Part shown: positions 13,210-24,786 of the stretch, piece by piece
How positions within the stretch are numbered: the first letter of the stretch is position 1
How the letters are laid out: each line of letters starts with the position of its first letter
Source: Podarcis gaigeae
Lineage: Eukaryota
Strand: one strand, 5' to 3'
Length of the DNA stretch: 64,000 nt
NCBI GenBank assembly: GCA_964106915.2
Contig: OZ066926.1
Made by a program: the position numbers and the translations under genes
The notes under the pieces: generated by a model
What the model saw: the letters and a program-made list of their open reading frames with translations, nothing else
The model's database searches: none
What the model was told of the DNA's origin: nothing

Positions 13210-14131
13210 TTAGTTCACATTTTTGAGACTTTTAATTTCTGAGGGTTTTTCATTTATTAAGTTTTATTTATGTTTTACATGTTGTATACTGCATTTTTTC
13301 CCATTCTAAGCTGCTTTGAGACCTAGATGGTGACAAGTGGGTTTTTTATTTTATGAAAGATAAATAAATACAAATTGATGGCATTGCCTCTCTCAACAAA
13401 GGCATGATCAAGGATGATTTATTTATCCTCAATAGAAAAGAACACAGATGTGTACTTATGTTTATTTGCTTACTTCTTTAGTCATATCCTGCCTTTCTTC
13501 CATCATGAAAGTCACATAAACTAAGAAGGGATTGACAAGTAGTCTCCCATCAAGGTACTGAATATATTTGTTCACCTTTAGGATGGTGGATGCATTATGT
13601 GCTGTCAGACTATGTACTTCAGCCCAACTGGTTACCGGCCTAATTGGTAACTACAGGCATCAGTAAAACAAGAGATCTACCAAGACAGCATTAGGTATCA
13701 CCATCTCTTGTCTGAACCTGCCTATCCATTCAGGTCATTCGTGTAAGCAGTGCTGTGTGTTTTCTCATCATCTGAAATGCAATGGGTTGATTTCCAAAGC
13801 AGTGCCTTCTTTGTGGTGATGTCTAATCTGTGGAACTTCTTCTCAAGAGAAGCCTCACATTGCCCCTTCTCTGCTTAAGTTAAGATGATAAATGAGAGTG
13901 CTTCTTCTTCATTTGATATTTGAATCATAGTTGTCACCCTTGATAGGCCTCTTCTTATAGTGCTGCTTCTGGTTTGTATTGATATATCTGCTTATGTTTT
14001 TTATAGCTTGAATATATCTTTAACGTTACTATATCTTTTTTAACGTTACTGTTAGGCTAACTCTTAGATAGAAAATGTCAGATAGCAGTATTTTATATGA
14101 TAATGAACAAAGAAAATTGAGTGAAGCATGA

Positions 14132-14168
<37 letters not shown>

Positions 14169-14643
14169 CTCTTTGATTATAGCTTCATCCCTTCTTGAGG
14201 AGAATCACTTTCAACAACAGTGCTGGGGATCAGGTTTCTCTGGACGAGCGAGGTGAATTAGAAAGCAGATTTGATATTATAAACTGGGTTACTTTCCCAA
14301 ATAGGTCTTTCTCGAGGGTGAAAATAGGAAGGATTGATTCATGGGCCTTACCAGAAAAAAAGTTTTCTCTTCATGAGGAGATCATCACATGGCACAAGAT
14401 GTTTAACCAGGTAGTGTCTGACTTGTGGTTCTTTTGGTTCTTTTGGAAAAAACAAACAAACTTGTGAGTAATGACTGACTCAGGAGCAATCCTGGATTAC
14501 TCATTTATTTATCCAATGTTTAGGTCTTTAAAGCTATTTACAAACATATTTGAATAGAGCTGCTACTGCTCTTGGAAGGCACAAGCATCCATATAGTTAT
14601 CCAATGTAGAGCAAAGGAACATCCTCCCTCACAGTTCCTCCAA

Positions 14644-14717
<74 letters not shown>

Positions 14718-17337
14718 ATTGTATTGACACAATTAACACCACACCCAATTAGGACTTTTGGTTCTTTGAAGAAAAGGGAAAATCATTGATTCAAGCTATC
14801 ATTGCTTTCAACAAAAATTATCTGATTACAAAAGGAACAAAGCATTTTCAATAATATAGTTTTAGTATATATTAATAGCTCATAATGGCCTCTATGCACA
14901 GATATTGATTTCTGTGGCTCTATACATTCCAAGGACATTCACTCGAATTGTTAAAGCGATTAACAGATAGAAAGTGATTTGTAAACCTATTTTCTCTTAA
15001 AATGTACAATTCTAAAGACTGTTTTGTTTTGTTTTGTTTTGTTTTGAGCTGAGAGTGCATCAAAATATTCAGGGAGTACAAAAGCTGTAGTTAAGTAAGT
15101 CCCCCTTCAAGTCTATTTGTTCATGTGCTAAGACGGAATTTCATGCCTCCCTCGTGCCACAGGGTGTTTCATTTCCAGTGCAAATAGTGTATTGGGAAGG
15201 GGTGACATGATGACCACATAGAGAAAAAAAGATGATTTTTCTCACCTCACTCAGCTCATGCTCACTTTTTTTACATTTATTAAGATATGCACATCAGTCA
15301 CATTCACCCAATTAATATACTTAGCTTGAGCTGTCATAAATTGTAAATCTTTTGCCTTTACAAGGCACCAATGGACACAACACCAGACTAGTGGGTGTCT
15401 TCACTTTTGTGTACTTTCTGAGGCATGTATGAGAGCATGAAAATATGAACGTGCTTTCCTGATTCCATTAGATGTACATTAAAGCATGCTCTAAGCTTAT
15501 CCTGTCTTGCATTTATTGATAGATGCCTCCCTCTTCAGTGTGTAATGACAACTGTCGTCCAGGTTCTGTTAGAAAAAAGAAAGAGGGGGAGCAGTTCTGT
15601 TGCTATGATTGTGACCCATGTCCAGAAGGGAAGATTTCTCACAAAAATGGTAAGTGTCCACCATATTATCATATTAAAATGAGTATTCTTAGACTTTTCT
15701 TACCTTCTGTAAATATTAAATTAGGTTTGTGTGCATATATTAGCAACTTTACAATATACTCAGCAATGTTAACTATTGTATTAAAGGGTGGGTATGTTAA
15801 CAGCACACATCATAATGAACTATTTCATTAGACACTGAACAATCAATTCTTTGTATGTGTGTGTGGGGGGGGAAGGTGAGAGTGAAGTTGCACATACTGT
15901 CCTTCCTGTGTATGAATTTAGTTTAACAAAGGCCAAAGGGAGGAGTACTGTCTAGATCTTGGGACTCTTATCAGTTTGTGCTCTCTCCCCAAGCCATATT
16001 CCTCACCCCATATAATCACTGTCATCTGCTTACCTTCATGTCCTCCATGATTGCTTTGCCTGGCTAGAATGTGTCCTTCAATTGTGAAAATGCCTCTTGC
16101 TTGTCTAGATGGAGGATGGAGATGTGTGTATGTGTAGAAACCTTTGAACTTGGCACAGCGGGAATAAATATAAATGTAAGGGTTACATCTGTTTCTCCAG
16201 CTATTCTGAACTCCTAATGCAACTAGGTTTGTCTCTGGCCTCACCTACCACTGGAATGGAGGCCAAAAAGATTACTCATGAGGGACCATGGCCCCCATAC
16301 TGACAATACTGAAAATGTGTAAGACCATTCTATAGAATTGTAAATATTGCTTTTCAAGAGTACTTCAGAGAAACCTATGTACTTGTTTCAGAGATGGATG
16401 TACCATCATCTCCACAACATAATGCATTCTCTCTTTTCTAGTAATGGAGAATTGTATCGAATGCCCAGAAGATCAGTATCCAAATGGAGACCAAGATGGA
16501 TGTCTACCAAAGGCTTTAAATTTTTTAGCTTACAATGATGTTTTGAGCATCACTTTAGCTTTCATTGTATTTTCATTTTCTGTGATCTCAGCTTTGGTGC
16601 TAGTGATGTTTATTAAATACCACAACACTCCCATTGTCAAAGCCAACAACCGAGGGCTCAGCTACACTCTGCTTATTGCCCTCCTGCTCTGCTTCCTCTG
16701 TTCTTTCCTGTTTATTGGGAAACCTCAAACAGTGACCTGCCTCCTAAGGCAAACAGCTTTTGGCATCATTTTCACTGTGGCTGTTTCTTCAGTGCTGGCA
16801 AAAACTATTACTGTAGTTTTAGCATTCATGGCTACAAGGCCAGGATCCAGGATAAGGAACTGGGTGGGGAAAAGACTGGCAGCTTCTATTGTTTTCTCCT
16901 GTTCCTTCATTCAAGGAGCTCTTTGTACTGTGTGGCTCTGTATTGATCCCCCATTCCCAGATTTGAACATGGAATCTTTGCCTAAAGAAATTGTGGTTGA
17001 ATGTAATGAAGGGTCTGCTCTTATGTTTTATTTTGTTCTTGGTTACATGGGACTTCTGGCTCTTGTTAGCTTTGTTGTGGCTTTTCTTGCTAGGGCATTG
17101 CCCAACACTTTTAATGAAGCCAAGTTCATCACTTTCAGCATGTTGGTGTTTTGCAGTGTGTGGCTCTCTTTTGTTCCTACTTATCTAAGCACAAAGGGGA
17201 AACACATGGTGGCTGTGGAGATCTTCTCCATCTTAGCTTCTAGTGCTGGATTATTAGCTTGCATCTTTTTTCCTAAATGTTATATAATTGTCATGAAGCC
17301 TGAGCTGAACAACAAGGAACACTTAACAAGAAGATGA
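9124..17337 (+). CDS. Vomeronasal type-2 receptor V2R-B, complete, 873 aa
   Basis: Exons 9124-9353, 11239-11530, 11871-12719, 14183-14410, 15523-15649 and 16442-17337 (230+292+849+228+127+896=2622 nt); all introns GT-AG, no internal stops, N-terminal signal peptide. Confidence 0.94.
9600..10050 (-). mobile_element. L1 LINE ORF2 C-terminal fragment
   Basis: ORF 9668-9970: [10 protein letters not shown]...[15 protein letters not shown]...[12 protein letters not shown]. Confidence 0.8.
10164..10526 (-). mobile_element. Sauria SINE, young (CpG-rich), with TSD
   Basis: Full-length; flanked by the direct repeat TTTTATCAGCTCTA. Confidence 0.95.
11239..11530 (+). CDS. V2R-B exon 2 (292 bp)
   Basis: [32 protein letters not shown]...YKIPQ; tgcag| acceptor and |gtggga donor. 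Confidence 0.94.
11871..12719 (+). CDS. V2R-B exon 3 (849 bp)
   Basis: ORF 11934-12767; tgtag| acceptor and CAG|gtatta donor. Confidence 0.93.
13165..13209. repeat. (CA)n(GA)n microsatellite
   Basis: Direct reading. Confidence 0.95.
14132..14167. repeat. (ATT)n microsatellite next to the V2R-B exon 4 acceptor
   Basis: Direct reading. Confidence 0.95.
14183..14410 (+). CDS. V2R-B exon 4 (228 bp)
   Basis: [16 protein letters not shown]; tatag| acceptor and CAG|gtagtg donor. Confidence 0.92.
14647..14714. repeat. (GT)n(GA)n microsatellite
   Basis: Direct reading. Confidence 0.95.
15523..15649 (+). CDS. V2R-B exon 5 (127 bp)
   Basis: [10 protein letters not shown]...CCYDCDPC; AATG|gtaagt donor. 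Confidence 0.93.
16442..17337 (+). CDS. V2R-B exon 6 (7TM domain)
   Basis: ORF 16444-17337; ttctag|TA ATG acceptor. Confidence 0.95.
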
Positions 17338-17490
17338 AAGTAGAAGGAAGTAGTTTATGTCATAAATTTCTTCTGAGATATTGATGAGTCCCTCATTACT
17401 GATTTTGAATTCTGAGGAAAAGATAAGTAAAAGTTAGAAACTAGGATATTGTTCTTCACTTCCCTGATATTTATTATACAAGTTGAATTG

Positions 17491-17534
17491 GTCACAACTG
17501 TTCCTGAGATATTTTCTTTTCCATTCAGGATCAT
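17491..17534 (-). pseudogene. OR6-like 5' coding fragment (MILNGKENISGTVVT) attached to a duplicated OR6-a upstream region (to about 19290)
   Basis: Near-identical to 34189-34232; homology continues upstream and matches about 34230-36480. Confidence 0.85.
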
Positions 17535-17623
17535 TGTGATATGGAACTGTAACCAAAATACCCCACAAAAGTGTGATGTTACTAAGAATTGTATGTATGA
17601 GATTGAGGACAAGAAAACGAGTG

Positions 17624-18106
17624 TGTCAAGTATGAGAGTTCCCTTTTCCCTTCTGGTAGCTCAATGACAAGAATTAACGAGCATATGGTAGATTTATAGT
17701 CCTTTTATTACAGCATTGTGTTAGAAGCACAAACAGGAACCTTCTGCACGGATATCAGTTGCCTACTCTGACTCCTCCCCACTTTTGCAGCAAGAAGTGT
17801 GTCAACGGGAAGTTCCTCTTTTGTTCTCTGACATGCTCAGATCTCTGAGTTCAGGGGGGGAGGGGGTTCTCCCCCACTCTCTATTGATGTATCGCTCAGG
17901 TGATCCCTCCCTACTGGTTGCTTAGCTACTCTTGTAACTGGGTAGCTCTTCTCTCAACTGAGCAGCATCTGTGCCTGCATGTCCCTCTGTTTCTGAAATG
18001 CTGGAAGCAGGGTGGTGGCGGCGAATATTTTCCCTCCTCTTCTGTTGGGAGCTGATCTTCCTGCGATTGCATCCCCCAATCTTTCAATTCAGATCAGCCC
18101 CTGACA
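17624..18106 (-). mobile_element. Solo LTR
   Basis: TGTCA...TGACA termini; absent from the paralogous site near 34322; AATAAA on the - strand near 17705. Confidence 0.7.
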
Positions 18107-19293
18107 GAGGATGGAGCAAGAATGGTATGAGAATTTTGGGTCATGCATTTGTGATAGATTTTTTGGTAAAGTTTTGCTTTCAGAAAATGGAACATCTGAA
18201 AAGGAATCCTGCTTCAGTTTTTTTATATGTGAGAGCCATTGCACCCACCCACCAACTGACCAAAGACCTAGTATGTAGAGGCTGTTTTTTGTTTCTGTTT
18301 CCTAAGTGTGTTCAGGATCTTAGGAAAGAAAATTCAACAAAGAAATTAAAATTGATGTACACACAAAATAATAATAATAAATATTTTTTTATTTATATCC
18401 CGCCCTTCCCAGCTGAAGCAGGGCTCAGGGCAGCTAACAACAATAAAATAATACAACATTCTAAAGTACATATCTAAATATGTACTTTACATACAAAATT
18501 CATATAATTTGAATTTAAACTTTTGTGGACACTTTCATAAAATGGAACACGGCATACCTATGATTAAGTGCTAGCAAAACTTCAAAACCATAAACCTGAA
18601 GCTTTAAACTATGATGAGGTTTCCCACCATCACAATTTCCTTTGCAGAGTCTCAACTCTGTGATAAGAAAAAAAAATCAAATTAATAAGTGAGAATTACA
18701 ACATTATATACAGTAAAAAGAGGAAATATCCACATACCTGGTCTGAAACAATTAACTGTTCATTAATCATTCATTAGAGCAGCTTTTCAACTTTACTTAC
18801 TCCTTACTGTAGCCTATTTTATTCTCAATGTGGATCATTAAAGCTAGGGTGATCACATGGGGATTTCTCTTACATCTCTTAAGATTCAGCTGTGTGAAAA
18901 CTCTGATATTTGATTTCACTGCCATGACCACGGATAGACTTGGCTTCCCGGAGCTTCAGGGCACTAGTGTTGTCCACTCACCAGCACAGAGGCAAATGTC
19001 TAAAGAGCATGTGGGCAACTCACAGCCCTGGTGGGTCTGGTGAATGTTACCCACAGCTGCTGATCTTTCTGCCTCTGCAAAATTTTGTGTTGTGATTGGT
19101 GGGGAGAACAGACACAGGAAGTGCCATCCTGCTCATTTATATCACACTAGCTCCAGTCTGCCCAAAAGCTGCTGGGGGGAAGTGGGAAGCATAATTTACA
19201 TAAGCAGGAGGGGGGGCACGGAAGGGTCTAGTCACATGCTGCCTTGTATGTGCAAATTGCACGCTTACTAACCAGGTGTGTGTGTGTTGGAAT

Positions 19294-19765
19294 CTAGACA
19301 ATAACATGGCATATAAAAGACAAACACACAGACAACAGTGAGGTGGGGAATGCAGGTGGACAGAAGGGATTTTCATGAACAGAAGGGATTTTGAGCACTG
19401 TAGAAAAGATCTGCATATATGTTAAGATGATTACAACGAAACAACCTAGTGCTATACTAGAGCTTAGCACAAGAAGCCCAACTTCAACCAGGTAGAGGTT
19501 AGAGGAGGAGAGCTTCAGTAATGATGGGATTTCACAGAAGAACTGATTGACAGCATTAGAGCAGAAGGTTCTCCCGATATGTAACATGGAACATAAAAGA
19601 CAAATAATCCACTCAATCACTACCATGCATATACAGGCTCCTTTGCACATAATTGACTCATATTGAAATAGGTTGCAAATAGCAACCTAGTGATCATATG
19701 CCACTAGGAGGCCAAATATGAAGTTCCAAATAACACAAAATTGAAATTGTTTCAAGTTCCATGGT
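19294..19765 (-). pseudogene. OR14-like pseudogene, internally deleted and 3'-truncated
   Basis: ORF 19294-19650 contains TFCSNAVNQFFCEIPSLLKLS..YLVEVGLLVL; stops, frameshifts and deletions relative to OR14-a. Confidence 0.9.
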
Positions 19766-19919
19766 GGCATTTTTTTGTGTAGCTGCTTTAGGTTATGACT
19801 GGTCATGTATTCCTTGGGTCATCTGAGAGTCTTCCAACTTCACCATTGTCCATGCTATCTTGGGATAATTCCACACCGCATCCTAGTTTTGTACCTGTCT
19901 CCATAAACAAAAATTATGA

Positions 19920-20321
19920 GATTACAACTAATAAATAAGTTTTCTTCAGCTGCTCTGTACTCTATGAGCAGAATGCACTGGGGACCTAATTGTGAACCCT
20001 GCAATTATCTAAAATTATCTAAAATTATGGCAATATTCTTCCTTGCCAAAGATGGCATGTATTTTCAGTGGCCACTCTCATAAAAAGCAATCATGATGAA
20101 AACAGGTATGAAATGTGCCTTTGTTTTTCAGACTGCAGGGTGGCAGACTGGACAAGCAGTGCTGCTGGGAGTTTTATAGGATGCAAAGTGTCACCATTAA
20201 CCAGTAGAATGTAGAGACATTGTGACTGTGTGCTCTAAATAGGGGAACATTGTATACTAAAGAAGTAGGTTGGAGCAGTGGATTTTGTTACAGAAGAAAG
20301 AGATTCACACCTACAGTTGTA
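19920..20321 (+). promoter_or_regulatory. Conserved V2R upstream block (promoter/5'UTR), copy 2
   Basis: Aligns with 8770-9123. Confidence 0.5.
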
Positions 20322-20551
20322 ATGCTGATATTGTTGGTGTGCCTATTGATCGTATGGTTGGTGTTTCTTCCCCTAACTGATTGCAAGGCACTTCCCTTTA
20401 CTTGCAACATGAGAGATGCCCTCCAGATCCCACATGAGTATTATCAGCAAGGTGACCTCATCATTGGCAGTATATTTTCACAATTCTTCTCCTTTTTTGA
20501 CACTATATCCTTCAAGCAACACCCCAATTTAAAGTTTATTGAAGATGTCCT
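20322..20551 (+). CDS. V2R-C exon 1
   Basis: Signal peptide and [10 protein letters not shown] motif; CT|gtaagg donor. Confidence 0.88.
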
Positions 20552-23500
20552 GTAAGGAAATTATCATTTTACTCCCAGAAATGTTCATGGTCACACTCTA
20601 ACAATCACAGGTAGATAACAGAAAGACAGTGTTCTATCTAGGTTTGGTCATACTCAGATAAGAATCACTGGAATCAATGCATTTGAGAAACTTTAGTACA
20701 TTAATTCCAGTGGGTCTACTGTGAATATAGGCAGTTGTTTAGGAGTCTGCCATTTCGCTATAGATTTCTAAATATCCACCCGACCTCCTTATCAGCAATA
20801 CTCTGTTATATATCATATACTCTTCTCCTTTTTGTTTTTGCTTCCAGGGATATTTCAAGAATATATGAAATGGCACAAAATTATTATTAGTTCTTTCCAT
20901 TTCTGGATTTCCCACAACTCTTTATTTCCTGATTTATTTCATTGCCTTCTCTACATTCTGATTTTAAAATATGAACACGGAGGCAGAACTGATTGAAGGA
21001 TGCTTTGACACAATTCCACCTTCACAAAAGGTTGACAAGCTCTGTCTTGCAGGGCATTGAACTACATAACCCTCTGAGTCCCTTCCGTCTCTACAATTCT
21101 ATGAGTCTAACTGTGCTCCTTTTATCAGCCAGAAAAAGCATCTTGCAATACTAAAAAATAATTTAAAACAATTAACTCACCACAATATTTTTGCTTACAT
21201 TTTTCATGTTTTTGAAGCTGTGTGTGTAGATTGATTCTAAAGCTTTATACTCTACTGATGTGCATGCCAGAAAGCAGATGCCTGCGGAAGAACAATGTGA
21301 ACATGGCAAGCAGTTCATGATATCTGGAACATTATTGTGATGTGATGTGGCCTATGCTTTCTTTACAGTGTAGTGACAAAATATTACCAGCATGTCCTAG
21401 CATTGGTGTTTGCAGTGAAGGAGATTAATGAGGATCCCAAGATCTTACCAAATGTTACATTAGGATTACACATCTATGACAGCTACTTCAATGAAAAGAT
21501 GACCTACCAGACTACACTGAACCTTCTTTTCAAATTGAAAGAAATGGTACCCAACTACAAGTGTGATACAAAGAAGAATATAATAGCTGTCATTGGGGGA
21601 CTTGACTCTGACACCTCCCTTTGCATGGCTACCATCTTAAGCCCCTATAAGATTCCTCAGGTATGTTTGTGAGGCATGGAGAAGCTTGTCAAGGAACACT
21701 GAGTGTGTGTGAGAGAGAATGTATTTATTGTTGTATATCTTGCCTGCTAAGACGGTTCTTTGAATTTAAGGCCATTAAACTTGTTCCATTGCTCTTTTTG
21801 TGTTAAACTGTAAGAGAAAGGGGCAGACACAAAGTAGGCTATATTAGAAATTTCTATCTCACCGACAGAGTCTCTCCTGAATCACTATTTAGAACTTAGA
21901 ACAAAAAAAATCCTTCCAGTAGCACTTTAAAGACCAACTAAGTTAGTTCTTGGTATGAGCTTTCGTGTGCATGCACACTTCTTCAGATACACCACATGCA
22001 GCACATGTAGAAGGCATTGAAGCATCACTCCTGGTGATTGTAAATTGCCCACAACTCACTTCTAGAAAGCAACACAAAATCCTGGTAGATATTGGTAGTT
22101 AGAATCACATTCTCCCATACCCTTTTGGGGAGGTGACCACATGGTGTATCTGAAGAAGTGTGCATGCACACGAAAGCTCATACCAAGAACTAACTTAGTT
22201 GGTCTTTAAGGTGCTACTGGAAGGATTTTTTTTGTTTTGACTATGGCAGACCAACACGGCTACCTATCTGTAACTAGAACTTAGAAGTTAACAATCAGCA
22301 TGATTTTCTCACTATGTAAGCTGCAGGAAAAATGCCGAAAGCACAGGTGCCTCTTTTACATCACCTTCATAAACCTAATGAAGGCCTTTGGCCTTGGCAG
22401 CCAAAAGGGACTCTGCACACTGCTCAACAAGATAGGCTTCCCATGTAAGCTTCACAAGAAGATTGTGTCCTTCCATCACCAGCAATTTCTTAATCGATTC
22501 TGAACTGAACAAGCATAGTGGCAAGTCAGCCTCGACTCACCTCCCCAAAAGGGTATGGGAGAATGTGATTCTAACTACCAATATCAAGATGAAGGTCTAC
22601 CAGGATTGTGTGTTGTTTTATAGAAGTGAGTTGTGGGCAATTTACAACTACCAGGAGCAATGCTTCAATGTCTTCTACATGTGCTGCATCAGGGACACTT
22701 TGGGCATCACATGGCAGGACAGAGTCTCAAACAAACCAACCAATGAAAACAGCTCTCCCAAACCTTGCAGAAGGAGTTGTTGTAAAGGTTTGACATGTTC
22801 TCAAGCCCTATCTGGGTAGGAACAGGCTTACTGTTCTAACTGATTTTAATACTGTATTTTCACAATGTTGTAATTTACCCGGGACCTTACAGTGAAGAGA
22901 GGATAAGAATACCAATCAGTGAATGATTGTCCTGTGTGCCTACCCACAAGGAGTCACAAATCCTATATGTTTTTCACAGTGGTGTATTGACTTAGCTCAA
23001 GAAAGGCCTTCTCATCATTTCTGCTTTTCACATCCTAGAATTCGGACAGAGACATTTCTGCCTTTACAAAATACTTTGGGGACTGCTTGAAGGATGAGTT
23101 AGAGTGTCATGTCCAGTGTTTGCCCTAGAACTATGGAATGGAATGGAACCAATCATTTTCAGGATCCTCAGCACTGCAAGATGCAGAGTCTGCTATTAAT
23201 AGTCATAATATTTTAGAATACCATGAAGCAATGTAGACAAATCAGTTTCAAAACCCTTAAAAATGAGAGAAATTGATGTGGGAGAGAAAAACAATAATAT
23301 TTATCCAGAAAGCACCCTCTCAGAAAGCACACTACACTTCTAATCTGTTTTCAGCAATATGTTTTTCTTTTCTTTTCTTGTAGGTCTCTTATTTCTTATT
23401 TGGTCCTTCTCAGAGTATGAAAACCCAGTTCCCTTTCATCTACCGTGTGGTTCCCAATGAGGAGTATCAGTACCATTTGATTATCCAATTACTTCTGCAT

Positions 23501-24752
23501 TTCCAGTGGACATGGGTTGGGATTGTTACATCGGACAATGATAAAGGAGAGAATTTTGTGCAGACCTTGGTTCCAAAGCTTTCCCAGAATGGCCTTTGTT
23601 TGGCTTTCACCGACATAATGCCATCTCCAACAGACTTTTCCAACTTGCTTAATGAGTACCATACATCAGGGGATATAGCCGGCTTTGTTAAAGATCACAA
23701 AGCAAAAGCAGTTATTGTATTTGCAGAAACTGCAGCTATATTTCGTTTTATATTCTTGCTGTATCAAATACAAACAGTAAATATGGTAGAGACATCTTTA
23801 GGAAGAGTATGGATCTTGACAGCTGAGTGGGACTTCCCAGCACTACAGTTTAACAGAAACTGGAGTATAGAAGTCTTTCAAGGAGCCTTGTCTTTTGCTG
23901 TTCACACCAATCAGATAGAGAAATTCCAACATTTCCTTCAGCCTTTAAATCCTTACTCACTCAGTGGAGACAGTTTTATCAAGGACTTTTGGCAGCAGGC
24001 TTTTGACTGCTTACTTCCAGATTCCCAGGAGTCTGAAGAGAGATATAGAACTTGCACCGGTCAGGAAAAGCTGGAGAGCCTTCCAGGACCATTTTTTCAA
24101 ATGAGCATGACTCCCCAAAGCTACAGTATATACAACGCTGCCTACGTGTTAGCCCATGCTTTACATGCAATGTATGTATTAAATCTCAAGCACAAAGCAG
24201 TGGCAGCACTTCCAAACTCACAACCATGGCAGGTAATTTTTAATTAAGCAAAGCATTTTGACAATCATGAGAAAATGTGTAATACATGGCTGGCCTGAAG
24301 CAGACAACTCTGGTGGTTGAATCCTATGGGGCCGCAGTTCTGCGAGCTCCACACCCACTTTTACCACTGCTGCAAGACCCCAGTAAGTGAGGCTTTGTTG
24401 GGCAATGGAGTTGGGTGCCACATGCTTGTTTTGCGTCAGATGGCAAAATGAGATGGGCTGACCCTGGCTAATATATATTTATTTCATCCAAAACACCATT
24501 ACCTTGTGGCTTAGAGGGGGAAGTAGATTGCTGGGTTTCAATCTCTTCCATAGCAATACATTTATTTGAATTTTATATACTGCCCCTCAGTGTGCTTCTC
24601 AGAATAAAACACAAGATAAAAAACAGAAGTAAATAAATAATACAAAAATAATGAAACAATAACCGCAGCCCTTCCCACAAATATATTTAAAAGGCTTTGG
24701 AGTATCCATCAGCCCAATGCCTAGTTGAATGGGAACGTTTTCGCCTGGCGTC

Positions 24753-24786
<34 letters not shown>

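Larger units (their letters stand above)
21902..22274 (+). mobile_element. Penelope-like element terminus with inverted pseudo-LTR
   Basis: About 94-bp inverted repeats (21901-21994 and 22142-22235, one mismatch); GACCAACACGGCTACC tail; direct repeat TAGAACTTAGAA at 21890-21901 and 22275-22286. Confidence 0.85.
21858..22735 (+). mobile_element. RTE-clade LINE remnant, interrupted by a Penelope insertion
   Basis: [26 protein letters not shown] and [18 protein letters not shown]...[11 protein letters not shown]. Confidence 0.85.

Noticed and set aside
17971-18477. 168-aa ORF
   Set aside because: It crosses a solo-LTR boundary into duplicated OR upstream DNA and has a non-ATG start; likely a chance ORF.
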